This document shows positions 1-13,964 of a stretch of DNA of 64,000 nt, one piece after another. Below the pieces are notes generated by a model. The model searched no databases, was not told the origin of the DNA, and worked only from the letters and a program-made list of their open reading frames with translations. A program made the translations under genes and the position numbers. This DNA comes from Albugo candida (lineage: Eukaryota). The DNA lies in NCBI GenBank assembly GCA_040437565.1, contig JBDOQK010000005.1:248001-312000 (forward strand), in the 5' to 3' direction. Each line of letters starts with the position of its first letter. Within the stretch, counting starts at the first letter, position 1.

Positions 1-1759
1 TTGATGGTGAGACTGGCAAGTTGAAATATACTTGCAAGAAAGTCATGCAATTCTTGCATTTGACTTCGCCGGAAGACTATCAAATAGGGTTCACGCGCAT
101 ATACCTAAGTAGTGGTGTCTTGGAACTTTTGGAAAGAAAAAAAAGTGAACGCTTTGATTTTTTTGCGTGGCGAATACAGCACACGATGCGAGGCTTCTCA
201 TGTCGTCTCAAGTATATTCGACAGCGGCAAGCCATCCTCAAAATTCAGGTTTGGTTCTTATCAAATTATTGAGATTGTGCCTGTCGATATTCTTTTTGTA
301 GTCTATAGCACGTTGTGTGATTATGAGGGCTCGCTACCAAGCCTTTATGTGCGCTGTGATAACCGTACAAGCGCATTGGCGAGGAATGAGAGAACGTCGT
401 TCACTTTATATCGACAGGAAATTACAACGCGTAATTCGGATCCAAGCAAAATATCGTGGTTACGTCCAAAGGTATAGGCCAAAGGCTTTCGATCCACACT
501 GGGCCTATCAATTAATCCGACGTTCAATTTTAGGCAGAAGTTCAAGCGTTACCGCACTGCAGCAATACATATTCAATCGTTTGTTCGAATGAAGGTTGAG
601 AGGTCTAGACATCAGAACGCTCTCGCTGAAAAGAAACTACAGCAGAATCTGGCTGCGCAATTACACCGTGTGCAGCTCAAGCTTCAGCAAGAATGCATTC
701 GAAACGGAACGGAATACTTGAAGTCTGTTGAGAAAAGCTCAAAATCAATCTTTCCCAGTAATGCTGCACGACACAAAAATGTTGCAACTTCACCGCAGCC
801 TTCTCAAGACCAGATCCAAAACAAATGGATGGAAGATATCGACTCAGTAATCAATCATCTTCGAGATGAAGTGGAACGATTACGGACGGATAACGAGCTA
901 GTAAAGGGGATGAACCATAATTTCAGAAGTGAAATCGAGAAACTACGGAACGAAAAAGAAATTGCCACTGCTAGCTTCCTTCTGAAAATTGCTCAATGTG
1001 AAGCACAAGTAAGTACGAAACTATTATTCCTGGTCTTGATCTTGATCCACTTCCTATTTCGCTGTTTAGATTGGAAAAAAAAATCACGAGTTAGCCACAA
1101 TCAAACGAGAGAATTCCATCCTCCGTAATCGTGAGCACGCCCGCTCAACCACCCTAGAGAAACAGGTGGCAGCTAAAGGTGAAAGAGGCTCGTTGCTACC
1201 GACTCTCGGATTGAAAAACTTCCATGTAGTCAAGAATCAATCTAAACACATGAAAGATGAAGGTATTAGGCGCAAAGCAGTGTCAAGAGCCGACCCTGAA
1301 TCTCTACAAGTATCTTTGACGGAGAAGCGTGCAGCGACTGATGATTTTCTCCGAGAATCAGCGAAAAAATTGTCGGGGCCTTCAGAAACAACATTTCTTG
1401 CTGGAACTAGCGATATTCTATCTGGGTCAACAGGAAGCAGTTTGAAGCATTTTGGTGATCGCCGAGTGGATCTTTCTTCCCTTCAAAGCAGGTTGAGTGC
1501 CATTAAAGGGAGATATTCTGGGATGGTTGAGAAGGAGGTGATACCGACTACAAGTGAGGCTATACAGACGCAGAATGATACTTTACGCCCAAACTATGAT
1601 GCACTGCTCTCAAGTTCTATGCAACCCAAACTACCTGCTGGATGGGAAGCAAGACTTTCTCGTTCCAAAAACGAGATCTACTATTGCAACCCTGAATTGC
1701 ACTTGACGCAATGGGATCGGCCAGCAGCAAATGTGACTGAAAAAAGCTACAATGTATGA
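1..1759 (+). CDS. Myosin heavy chain, 3' part (end of motor/converter, IQ repeats, coiled coil, C-terminal WW domain); 5' truncated by window edge
   Basis: Converter-like YQIGFTRIYL, then IQ motifs (IQHTMRGF, VQAHWRGM, IQAKYRGY, IQSFVRM), coiled coil and WW motif LPAGWEARLSRSKNEIYYCNPELHLTQWDRP. GT-AG introns at ~249-301, ~472-533 and ~1009-1069 join the ORFs in frame; stop at 1757-1759. Confidence 0.9.
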
Positions 1760-4460
1760 TGCTCAACATGGAATTGATTTGAAATCAAGCCTATCCATCA
1801 GCAAATAGCTGCAACGAGAAGTTCGCGCACGCCATAACGCCACAAGCGCAAAACTTTGCTTTGATATGGTACCCTCAGAATGCCAACATGCTCGTCAAAT
1901 CGGCATTAAGGCATCATCGGTAAATTATTAAAGCACATATTTGTTGAATGGCAAATTCAGTGTATCATGATGGCAAATTTGTAAGCACAGCTTGAATATG
2001 GGTGCGACACTGCGGATACAGATCTAGACGTTGCATCAAGATTTGTCTTGCATGCCTACCACACCCTTCAACTATCATTGCTCAGGTTAAATGTGGCCGG
2101 CCAATGCTCAGCAGCTGAATTGTGATCGCCAACTTCTCTGTTTTGGTCGAGTGTCGGCCCCAAGGGCGAACAACGTCGCCGATTATATCAAAAGCGTGAC
2201 CGCAGTCGCGGCGCTAGACAATGCACAGAGTCTCATGTTGCTGACTGAAGTAGAGGCATACGAGTCTGTTGACGAGAGAAGCCTGTAGTGCTTGTGAATT
2301 ACATCGTTCGTGTTTGGATCGTATGGACAGCCACCGTAAACAACATCTAGTCGTTTCCGCAATGGGCTCCGTAGCGCTTGTGATGTAAGCTGTAACTCTG
2401 TTCATGCTCTCAAGGGATAAAAGTCCAAGCTATACGCAAGCCGTAGTGCTGCAATCTCCCGTCCACTTCTTTGATTTGAGCAACTGTGTAAGATGTAGGT
2501 ACACAAGGGTAACGACTTACCAAGAGCAAGTGTCTGGCGAAGTACAGCGAAGAACAATCAAACTAAGTAGTCAAGTCAGTTCGGTGCGTTCATATCTAGC
2601 ACATTGGAGCTCTCTACTACCCGGTGAACACCTTCTCCACAGTACTTTGTAGCGCGTCGAGGCCTTCCAATATGACGCAAGTGATACGGTTGTGTGTCGG
2701 TAGCAGTTCACAATGGTAGCGCACATCGCAGGCGCCACGCTAATTAGACCTCGTGGAAGAGATCGCACTAGTGAATAAAGACACTTCATACCTGTTATAA
2801 GACAAGCGCTTCGATGGATACGCGCATGCAGATATCTACTTTGTCTATAATGTACACAGTATAGACTATACTTTAAAGTTCTGCATATCGACAACTCGAT
2901 GTTCATAATGCTTCAATGAGCCTATACTGTAAGCTATAGCCGTGTAGATTGTCATGGCTGTTGTCGCACGCGGGAATGGATGGCCCTTTAGCAGTCAGTC
3001 ATCGCAATCTCACTCGTGCATTCTGATGATGAATGTAGACAATCAATCAAAACATTTTGGCGATAGCAATGGTGGTGCATGTTTCGGGAAAAGGTACGTG
3101 GTTGTCCAGACGAAGAGTTTGGATAAGTCGCTCGTAAGAATACCCAAATCAATACTGACATGACCATCTACGAATCACACTTCGTGCGTCAGGCCATGGC
3201 AGCGAATGTTGACTACACTCCACTTCATTCACAGTCGATACCCAATTGCGTTTCGCAACCGAAGTAGATTTCTCTTAGCCATCCAAACACATATTTCTTT
3301 ACCGATCGCTCATGCGAACAAGATAAATGTACTAGTCCATCTGAATGGGGCAAAGAAGAAGCGCCAGCTTTTTCTGTGTGAAAGCTATCCACCGATACAG
3401 TCGATCGCACCTGAGTAAGTAGCTGTGCGTCTGTTTCTGTGCTCAAGCGAAGTACAATCAGGAAAAAGAGTGAACTGGTTTATTGTGAGTCGAAAGACAG
3501 TATGAATAGCGCGAAGCACGTGGACATGCTTGGTAATCACGACGCGGTCTTTTGGTAGAATAGAGGTGCTAAAATAGAAAGCTTTTTGATTATCGAAGAT
3601 ATCGGCTGCGTTAGATCAAATATTGACAATATCTGGCTACTTTGTGAAAGTCCCAATTTACCTCAAATCCAATAAGTTCTTTTGTGATTGCATTGTCGAC
3701 AGAAATAATGATTTTTCCACCGCTTTTGCAGATCTGTAGTTATTACCCCATGACGCCTTCTGAGGAAGCAATGTTGCCTCCAACCATGAAGACGGTTATG
3801 GTGATCCGATCTTCCTGCTGTAATGGACTTGAGTAGATCCGCAATTTCACTTTCGGCAATCTTTTGCTCGAAGAATTGATCTATCTTAATCATCCGCGCA
3901 TGTCGCGTGCGTATCACGTACGTTAGACCAACAAAACATCATATTCTTTTTGTTTGAGGTACTTTCCACTCTGTAAAGTCTCCTTTAACTAAAGAACGAT
4001 TCAGGTTCTATCGGCTCGTTGCATGTACCATGAAATACAAGCGCTGATACTGTTCGGCATGGTCGCACAAATTACATCATACCCAAGTAAAGATTGTTCT
4101 CTGAATCTCGACAAAAATTAGACTTCGGACACGTGCGCGTCCATCGAAGCTTGCACTATTCTATAATTGTCAGATGACTCTATTGAGTTCGCGCAGCGCG
4201 AATAGAGTGAATTCAAAAGGTAATGCGGAAATAGTCTAAAAAATGCGAGATACTTGCTACGATAGAGTTGTACTCAATACCAAAAACAGATCGCCTCCCC
4301 TTACTGCCGAACATTGCTGTACTTGATTTCTGTCTGCTTGTATGCATCATGTACCACATCAGCTATCTGCACATCACTTGTCAATAAAGCAAGCCGAAAA
4401 TTCTTGGATGCATTGAAGTACCTCTTTCACAAGGTTCCTCTGTACTCGCATGCTATTGAT

Positions 4461-5673
4461 CTATGGCGATAAATTATGTTCCTCCATGAAAGGACGTAGG
4501 AAATCATTCGCATGATCCAGATATGCATCCTCAACCACACAACTCAGTTTTGTAGATGTGTGGCGCGAATGGATATCGTCTTCTTCCTCTGAAGATGGCA
4601 GTGATTGATAAAACCACGAAGGGAAAAATCGCTCCTTGCATGCATTCATGGATAACCTATTTGATCCATAAATAAGTGCATTAAACAGCGGCTATTCCGG
4701 GTGTGATAAACCGTCAACTTTCTCCTGTATACAACGAATCTAGATTTTACCTGTAGTGGATCAAAAACGCATTCAAGTAGGGTGAAAGGTGTCGACGGTC
4801 TGTGATTTGCATGAGTCATCTGGATAATCCGATTGATGAACCCCCATAGAGGGCACAATAAAAGTACAGCAATGTACATCGCAGCTTTCTGTTTGAATGT
4901 ACCATTCATTGGATCTTTGGAGAGAAATTGTATGATCAAAACGTGAATGGTGACGTTGAATATGAAGATCAAGAGAATAGGAAAGTAATAAAAAATGAAT
5001 TGCCGCCATGCTCCTCTGCTATTCCAGACCAGCTGTGATCCTTCTGTGCCACTCGAATGGGTAGACGCGATCCAACACCAACGACGATCTGCATTTCCAA
5101 AACCGATATCACCACTAAGTTGTTCTAGAATCAAATACACCAAAAACATTGAGGGGATTCCCCAGCTGATTAGGCGATATGCCCGCAGATACTTTTGTGG
5201 AATGTCATTGCTTTGCTTTCGCATGATCCAAACAGCATGCTGTTAGTCTCGAAAGCAATATTTCTCATCTTAGATAACTTACGCCTTCACAATGATTTGA
5301 TACAAGTGAAATGCAAAGCATGCCGTCCACAAGTATGATGATAAGCAGGAGAAAAAGAGCATAAACGCTTGTAGGTAGCATAGTCTTGATTCGCTGCTCG
5401 TAGGATACATCTTTTTATTCCCGTCCACCAGGATGGACCTAAAAAAGGATGTTTAAGTGACGAAAACTACGTCGATGTTGCTTAATGTTACATAAGGAAT
5501 GCAGCAGCTGTGCAACAGCCCGAACCGCCCAAGCTTGTCACGATTTGTCGACTGATATAATTCGGCGCACTGAAGTTTCTCCATGTGGTAAACATAACGA
5601 AGCATGCAACAAGTGAAACGGAGGATATAATAATTGGCGCAATGTGCTCAAACTCTTGCAAGAAAACCTCCAT
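4461..5673 (-). CDS. 7-TM GPCR, cAMP-receptor-like family, spliced
   Basis: TM1 IIISSVSLVACFVMF, CYLQAFMLFFSCLSSYLWTACFAFHLY (TM3), WCWI extracellular motif and PLQ.LFNALIYG TM7. ORFs 5488-5673, 4646-5224 and 4461-4649 are linked by short introns. Confidence 0.8.
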
Positions 5674-5751
5674 TGTGTCGTCAAAAGAGTAATTTGTGCA
5701 TTACGCGGGGTCTTGTCTCTACAAACATGTAATCTACGGTACTAGCAACAA

Positions 5752-6998
5752 TCACGCGCATCCTGGACAATTGTGGTGAGAATGATGGATAAACTCGTCG
5801 CATTCTGAGCAAAAATAATGGAAGCATGTTGGACATTGAAAAGCTGAATCATCTAGAGCATACTGCAAAGGTATAAGACATCCAAAACATGTTCCTTGTG
5901 CCTTTGATTCTACTTGTGATGATATCATGCTCTTGAACTTTACAATTGGGAACAAGTGATGATACGATCGCGATAAGTGTGGAGATGATACGAGGGGAAG
6001 GTTGCATATTTGACAAACCGTAGGCAAGTCACAGCTCTTGGACTTGCATCGAGGACACAAATAGCCGATAGTCGTGAAAGACTGATGACATGTGCATAGT
6101 GATAAAGCTCCCGAGCGGCGCTGCGGAAAACCCATTTCAACAAGCGTCGCGAATCGAGAAGCATTACTGGCCACAGTTGGAGATGGAATTGTGAACCTCC
6201 CCATTAAGGCTTTCAGATGATTGGCATCTAGAGCTACAAAATAGGTCCCATTCGTGTCATCCGAAATCTTTCGTAATAACCGCATTTCAGCACCAATACC
6301 CAGAAATGACACGCGAATATTCTCGCGTTTCAGCGCTGACAAAGTTTGAAATATGTCTCCGGGATCAGCAGTTACTAAGCTGCCGTATATGACGATGATT
6401 TCGCGGCTGCCATATGAAGGTACGATCTTCAACGCTGCTTTTGCGATATCCAATGCGTTCTGGAGAGATGGTTCCTTATCAACTGCAACTGCCTCTTTGA
6501 TACGCTCAATGTGATTTTTGGGATTTCCTGAGAGATCACTAAGTCGCTCGGATTTCATCCCCTTGATTCCGATAAGACCGAGCTGCGAGATCGGATTCTG
6601 ATCAAAATAATCTCTGACAAAATGTTGCAAAACATCCGATACGCATGCAAGGCGATGGGGTTTCCAGTCCTTGTTCGTCATTCCACGAGACAAATCCACG
6701 ATGATATACACATACCGAATTAATCCTTTGCGTACATTTCGTGCAATTTCAAGCTGTCTGAAAAAAATCATTATAGTACATTTCACAACTCAGTATCCAA
6801 ATGCGAGATACCGCTGCCGTTGATCTTTGTTGCTTGCGACGTCTACAACAAGCCGACCTGATTCATCCTCTTCGATAGCATCCCAGCTTCTTTCAAATGC
6901 CCCTTCCCAAGAGTATCCCTTCGTATCTACACGAATAGCAACACTATAAAGGCAGCTATGATGCAACGCGACATCTTACTCTCATCTTGCGCCTCCAT
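5752..6998 (-). CDS. GTF2H2: TFIIH subunit p44 / Ssl1
   Basis: N-terminal YSWEGAFERSWD, vWA domain (RKGLIRYVYIIVDLS, YFDQNPISQLG, EPSLQNAL), C4 zinc finger YLCPRCKSKSCDLP and C-terminal CFGC...HNCPGC. ATG at 6998, two 5' introns. Confidence 0.95.
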
Positions 6999-7068
6999 AC
7001 TTGATCGTCCGATTACAGCCAATTATTGCAATGGAATTCGACTCACCCTACGAATCAAAAGTGTAGAT

Positions 7069-10000
7069 ATGAATGAGTTGAGCGCGTGTGCTCATGCATT
7101 ACTGGATGGCGTGCCAAACAAGGTCAAACAAAAAGAGGCAGATCAGTGGATTTATGAATTCAAAAATACAAATGCAGCATGGTCGATATGCATTGAAGCA
7201 ATCCGAGATTACTCCAACGATACCACCTTAGTGTTCGTTGCAATTCAGATTTTACGGCAAAAAGTCGAAAAGGAATGGTTTTACTTAACAATAGAAGAGC
7301 AAAATTATTTTGAAATGGTACCTGATCAACCCTTTGCATGATTCTGGATACAAATTTGCCTCATTGAGTGTAGACTTTCATGGAATTTTTAGAATGCACA
7401 GCGACGAAGAACTCCGCGACAGTTCCCGCTTTTGTTCGTCGTGTTGCTTGCGACAATCTCGCATTAACTGCAGTCAGACGGCCTGAATCATGGAACAGTA
7501 TATTCTTACGATTTTATTCAATCGCCAGTGGCGAACGAGGGCAAGAGTATTGTTACGAAGGATTCATAACGGTATCTACATTCCGCTACCATATATATGG
7601 CTGCAATATTATAGTTTGCTTTACAAGCTTCTGGAAATACTTGGCGCGATACCATCTAAACTCATACTCAGCGAAGCTTTCGATAAAAACGAAGTTTTCG
7701 AAAGAGCGTTGAACGTGTATATTTGTGAGAAGGAAAATGTTCGACTTATTGCTCTTTCTTCTATGAGAAGTTTGTAAGGATAAATGTACTCAACTACGAC
7801 GTGGTTAACTACACTCTTCGTGAATATAGTCCGAATTTAAACTCAACTGCACTACAATGCATTGAAAACTGGGTCGTGGGCAGCATTCCCGGTCGACCTA
7901 CGTTTGGACTAGACATTACCGATATTTGCTCTAATGGGTATGTTCGCTGATCAGCTCGTATGATTTTCCCAATCACTAGGTTTTTTAAGTGTAGTGATCT
8001 CCTCGAAAAGCTGTTTGACGTCATGATGGGATTTTCAGAACTTGACACATTGGTACACGATGCAATTTTGGGAGCTATTCTGCTATAACTGGCTTGGTTC
8101 ATTTAGCTAGTTACCAGCATCATGACTGATATCCTTTCTGCTGGACCTCGCGAAATCAGTGCACAAGAGTACGTAATGATGCGATTTAGCTCTGGCTCGT
8201 CTTTCTTCCACACAGCGTTTCTCTTTACAGAAGTAATCATCATCACAACATGCACCATCGAATGATCAATCAGATGACTCTAATGCTGCTACACATGCTG
8301 GAGAGGTTGCAGACAGAAGCCAATGCACGCAATAACGTTTACAGAGGCATAGCCCAGATTTTGAGTATTCTAGCTACGCAGTATCTCTCGGTGATTTGCC
8401 AAGAAGAAGTGGCGATAAAGCATCAACAATTGACAAGAAAGCTCATGCAAGCTCTACTGATTCTTACAGCTTTCCCGGATGTCGAAACTGCACAATTGAT
8501 TTTGGAGTTCTGGTATTTTTTTCTTGATGATACGAGCAGCTCGCCTTGGAAGTTACTGTCGCATTCTTGTGACGAGCCGGAGATCTTAGATTTTCTAAAT
8601 AGTGCTGTGAGAGCATTGCTGTCACAATGCCATCTGCCCGATCATATAATACTAGCAGAAAATTATGGCACAAATGAGACAAATCCTGAAATCGCCGCGT
8701 TCCGAAGGTACCCATTTTATCGCACGTCGCCATCCCTGAACTCGAATTGTTGTTAGTGAGATTGCTGATACGCTACTCAGCATGTTCAAGCGTTGGCCTT
8801 CACCAAATGGCGCCGAATGTTGCTTCAATCAGCTGGCAGCGATGATGGAAGATGGCACTAATATTACAATCATCGAGTCGATACTTTATGTATTGGATCG
8901 TTTGTTGGAGCTTTTTGATGTTATTAGTTCAAACGGGATAGATCCAAACCGATCCTCAGATCATGGCTGCATACATGTGTCAGAGAAGGTGCTTCTTCAA
9001 TGCTTACAGCTTCCTGATCACTCTGTAGTCTTCTTCAGCATTGCACGGTTCGTGTCCTTCACCTTTTCTCCGTGTAAGCCTTACTGGTGTCAACACGATC
9101 TTCCAGATATCTAAAATCGTTGGTGCACCTGCAAGCATTATCTCACGCAACAAAAAAGGCGGCAATCGGCTTCCTTTTGCAAGGTCTGACATTCCCATCA
9201 AGAATCGAGGTTATCACGCCTCTCCTGTTGGAGCTTATTTCTAAGACGAGGTAATCTCAAGAACGTACAATAGCCAGAAAAATGACTGGGAATCTCCCCG
9301 CAGCACGACACTTTCCCTACAAGAACGTCACGCAGCGGCACAGACTCTGTCACAGCATTGTCACTTGCGCTTGCATCTGGATTGCCACTTGGATCAAGTG
9401 GGAGATCTACTGGCGACGCTGTATCAATTAATCGGAATGCAGGATACTCAAGGTATAAAGCCTTATCAGATCCAGCTTTCCGCTCGATAATATGTGTTCT
9501 CTCCATATGCAGAATCGTGCAATATATCTCACCAGCTGCTTCTGTCTATGAAACATCGATTATGCTCAGAATCTGATATTGCTGCCAAATCGCTGTATTT
9601 GATGGGCAGACTAGTCGCGGGAATCGTCAACCCAGCCAGAAAAATCAATGTGCTAGTATATACGTGGCATGAATCCTGTCAAGCCTTATTACAATGCCGG
9701 AACCATCCATCACTGCACCACTATATTTTTCCATTTGTAAACAGCTGTTTATTTCTCATGATCGGGAATGATTTTGAGCGACTGGAGCACATACTCAATT
9801 TATGCTTGACCGAATATTCGATTTGCTTTCATCAGGTCATCCTATGCTTGACGACCATGTATTCTATGCTGCCACCCAACGCCGACAATTTCAAAAATCT
9901 TGCCGATGTAAGTATGAGTTCCGCCTCCCTTCCAAATGTGTTGCTATATTTTGTATGTAGAGTGCATTCAGTCGATGCTCCAATATAATGCTGAGCAAAG

Positions 10001-10769
10001 TTGGGTATCATTCTTCGAATTCGGAAAATAAGAATATTGAGCATCTTATGCAGCTGTCTAATGGCGCTTCGACTGCCGTGATAGTCGAATCCGAGCTTCC
10101 TGAATATTTTAAGCTGGCCCACATCGCATTAGTTCTTCCGGCCGATAGATCAAACTTGAATAATTTATTTGAGCAATCAGCGCGACTTGGATGCGTGGTT
10201 TTGGCATATGATCATAAGGTTTGTAAGGCAAAACCCTGCCATAGTGGCTGGCGTGTTCAAATGATACTTGTAGATACGGTCACTCAACGAATCCGCATGC
10301 AGATTTATAGTAGAAATCATTGTCCAGCAATTCGGAAGCTCACCAAAATCAATCACGAAAAAGAACATTCAGGTTGCAAGTGCAATCATGCCTGAATTCT
10401 TGTGCAATTTGCTCACCTTCCTCGATCCGCGTCGAACCGGCTACACGAAGAAATCCATATGGGATTATCTCTACACACTTCGATTTTCTCCGAATGTATC
10501 TCCAGCCCTCCAGTGTACGTTGACAACACCCACTCGTATATATCCTTCGCATTCACCTCATCTCTCTAGATCACGTTGCTGAGACCTGCTTGTTGCTCTT
10601 ATCGAAGCAACTTGATAATAAGAAACTGATGTTTCTGTCAGATGAAGGTCAGATGATTCTATTGCAAATCCTGTCACCTTCGGGGCAAAGAAAACAACCA
10701 AGTCGAATGCAATTCCGTCAGCAATTTGGAGCAGCTCAGCAAGAGCTGTTAAGATCGAACCGAACGTAA
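7069..10769 (+). CDS. Importin-beta family karyopherin (importin-13/transportin-3-like), many introns
   Basis: IBN_N-like start (KEADQWIYEFKNTNAAWSICI...VAIQILRQKVEKEW) and HEAT segment LILTAFPDVETAQLILEFWYFF. Successive short ORFs are separated by GT-AG introns; the last exon ends TAA at 10767-10769. Confidence 0.75.
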
Positions 10770-10824
10770 CCAGTTCGCCAGTAAACTATCGTCAATTTTA
10801 GCAATTTGGTTCTTTTATACAAAA

Positions 10825-11298
10825 ATGATTCGTAGCTGTCAGAGTTTGCCATATTTCGCACGCTTTATAGTAAAGAGGCCAGCAACTTGCTTCAGCACTT
10901 CCTCAGGTTTGGAATTAGCAATGATTGGTCAACGGTTTTATTCTATATGTATGTGTTTAGCGCAGTACCCCCGATCTTTCTTATCACATGTGAAAAATCA
11001 AAAATTTAGCGGCTACGGGATCGGTATGGCATGCTTGACACTTTCCCTTGCGACACAAGTAGTTCAGTTGAGAATGCAACTCAATGAAGCAAATGAAACG
11101 ATACAAAAAATGACGGGAACTTGCGTAGACACAACGCAGCTCTCAACAAGCGAGAGTGAAGAAGATTTGAATGAACGTACTTTCATGGATGGCAGTCTAT
11201 CTCCTCATGACAGTCCAAAGCAAGTTCGTAGCGACTCAGACGCAGAATCGAAAGAGACAACGCCATTAACTAATCGGAAAAAAGTTGTCCTGAGTTAG
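10825..11298 (+). CDS. Small hypothetical protein with one hydrophobic segment and a short coiled coil (possibly mitochondrial)
   Basis: 157-aa ORF with a probable intron at ~10906-10960, basic/hydroxylated N-terminus and hydrophobic GYGIGMACLTLSLA segment. Fits exactly between neighbouring genes. Confidence 0.5.
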   Translation: MIRSCQSLPYFARFIVKRPATCFSTSSGLELAMIGQRFYSICMCLAQYPRSFLSHVKNQKFSGYGIGMACLTLSLATQVVQLRMQLNEANETIQKMTGTCVDTTQLSTSESEEDLNERTFMDGSLSPHDSPKQVRSDSDAESKETTPLTNRKKVVLS

Positions 11299-11362
11299 AA
11301 CGGGGCCATAAATTGATATTGCCGCTTCCTTATGACCCTGAATTGAAACCTTGTGATTGATC

Positions 11363-12083
11363 TTAGATCTTTACTCCAGGCAAGGATCTTTTCATGGATG
11401 CGCTGTCTAGTCGGTTCATTTCATTGACAGCTGTCAAAATCTCATTGATATTAGTCTCCAGCACCATCCCACCCATCACGATTTCATCCAGCACATAATG
11501 AACCTGTCCAAATTAAAATGAGCTGATGTAACTGAGCCTCAGATGATTGTTCCCAACCTTATCGCTATGAAAAATTAAATCAAGTTCGCAGACGTTTTCG
11601 AAGCACTTGTCGAGGGTCTCCACAAATACTACCAGCACAGCATGAAACAGACATCCAGATCGGAACGAATGATAGCCAAACTCATCACCTTGTATGAGAT
11701 CAAGTATGCCCAAGTCGCTTTCTTGTTGATCCACAGCAAAAACGAAATACAGCGTTGCATAGTGACGATATATAAGCTTGACACCATTCCCCCAGTACCA
11801 CACACTTGACATCAATGGGGCAATGTAGTCATAGTCATACACAATGTCATATTGCTTCACTTACGTTCCCTCCAGAAAATTACACAAGGAATCCGGACGC
11901 TTTGAAACCTGAGTAAATATATCTCGAATCACGGCCTGCTGCTCCGTGTCTGGCTACACAACAAGCATGATCCTGACTGTGTCATCTCACTATACTATAC
12001 GAGAAGCTTTATACCACATGCTCATAAAACTTCACAATCCGTGGTTTACCATGATTATTGACGATCAGAATGCCTTTGATCAT
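11363..12083 (-). CDS. AP3S1: AP-3 adaptor complex sigma subunit
   Basis: MIKGILIVNNHGKPRIVKFYE...LIYRHYATLYFVFAVDQQESDLGILDLIQVFVETLDKCFENVCELDLIFHSDKVHYVLDEIVMGGMVLETN after splicing. Confidence 0.95.
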
Positions 12084-12791
12084 GATTACACAAGAGTGAG
12101 ACCACTGGACAAAAGGTGAGCATTTCTGCGAATCAAACTTCCAAGTATCTTATGAGATGCTCCGTACTGTAATTAGGATGGTGTCATCACCAATTGCATC
12201 ACCATCATGGTCTCCAACTCGTTCGCGGCTTATTTCACCGTCCCCCAGACTGACATCAGATGAATTCACAGAANNNNNNNNNNNNNNNNNNNNNNNNNNN
12301 NNNNNNNNNNNNNNNNNNNNNNNNNNNNNNNNNNNNNNNNNNNNNNNNNNNNNNNNNNNNNNNNNNNNNNNNNTTCACTTACGTTCCCTCCAGAAAATTA
12401 CACAAGGAATCCGGACGCTTTGAAACCTGAGTAAATATATCTCGAATCACGGCCTGCTGCTCCGTGTCTGGCTACACAACAAGCATGATCCTGACTGTGT
12501 CATCTCACTATACTATACGAGAAGCTTTATACCACATGCTCATAAAACTTCACAATCCGTGGTTTACCATGATTATTGACGATCAGAATGCCTTTGATCA
12601 TGATTACACAAGAGTGAGACCACTGGACAAAAGGTGAGCATTTCTGCGAATCAAACTTCCAAGTATCTTATGAGATGCTCCGTACTGTAATTAGGATGGT
12701 GTCATCACCAATTGCATCACCATCATGGTCTCCAACTCGTTCGCGGCTTATTTCACCGTCCCCCAGACTGACATCAGATGAATTCACAGAA
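11856..12791. repeat. Exact direct duplication 11856-12273 = 12374-12791 flanking a 100-N gap (contig-overlap artefact)
   Basis: Identical 418 bp on both sides of gap 12274-12373; duplicates the 5' ends of the AP-3 sigma and BTB genes. Confidence 0.9.
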
Positions 12792-13964
12792 GGTCCTCGT
12801 GGTGACCATTCTCCTGTAATTGATCCTATGGACTTGAGATCGCTTTCTTCTCCCCCGTGGATATTTGATGGTAATGCTATATCTGCCGAAGAGGATGAAG
12901 ACTATCGGTCAGAGGTCTCTTTGGAAAATAGCGGTAGTCTAAACTCAACGCACTTGACCAAAAAACAAGTCAAATTCACAAACTGGAACGACTTATCCGC
13001 ACGATTGAAACGAGGCATTCAGAGCGGAAATGATACGAACAGCTTGTTCTCTCAAAGTATTGTTGGCGCGGATGTGGTGCTCTGTGTCGGTCAAAACTAC
13101 GAAGATAAATACAAGTTTTATTGTGATGACAAGAAATCAGCTATTGTTGTCAAGGATGAATCACCTGAATTTGTTCGTTTTTATGCGCACCGTTTCATTC
13201 TCGCAGCAAGTTCAGGACCTTTTCGAGCAATGCTGACTGGAAAGATGAAAGAAGCTTCTCAACGTGAGGTTGTTTTGCACGGTGTTAGCCCCTCAATTGT
13301 GCAGAAAATGCTCGCGTACATATATACTGGAGGTAAGCGTGATACCCTTCAATTGAAGTTTGACGACCTAATGCACAATCTTACAAAGAGGTGGAGATTG
13401 GTCTGGTAAATGCTATCGATACATTAATTGCCGCAGAGATGTATGAATTGGATGGGATGCGGGATATATGCAAAAGCTTTGTAGTTTTGCACGCACATGA
13501 AGTGTTTCGATCTTCATGTATCATATACTTGCCCGAAAAGCTCCTCATTGAGGTAAAATAGATATTCATTTGTGTAATAGTTTTCTCACATAATGATATT
13601 GTAGCTCATTGGAAGAGATGATTTACAAATCCGCGAAGCGAAATTGTTGGAAGCTTTGGTAAGCTGGGGTCGCTCTAGAGTCGCTAGCTCTGACAAACCA
13701 ATGGTTGACCTGCTCTCGGAAATTATGGAGCATGTTCGATTTCCAACTATGAGTGTGAGTGATCTATACGGAAAAGTCAGGCCTCTGGTCAACGAGGGCT
13801 ACATTCGGGAATCTCTATTAACGGAAGCTTTATTTTATCATCTAAAGTGGGGAACAGCAAGCGGACGGTCTTCCAAACGGATGAAGCAGCGTATATTGAC
13901 GGCTTCACTTAGAAAAAGAAAGCGTGTTTCTTTCACACAACACGTCTCCTTTGAAGCAGATTAG
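12675..13964 (+). CDS. BTB/POZ (+BACK-like) domain protein
   Basis: ADVVLCVG...FYAHRFILAASSGPFRAMLTGKMKEASQREVVLHGVSPSIVQKMLAYIYTG, then DDLQIREAKLLEALVSW...HVRFPTMS. Two introns. Confidence 0.88.

Noticed and set aside
1800-4400. Short ORFs in the intergenic block after the myosin
   Set aside because: No recognisable domain, coherent splice structure or terminal repeats; may be decayed coding DNA but cannot be supported.
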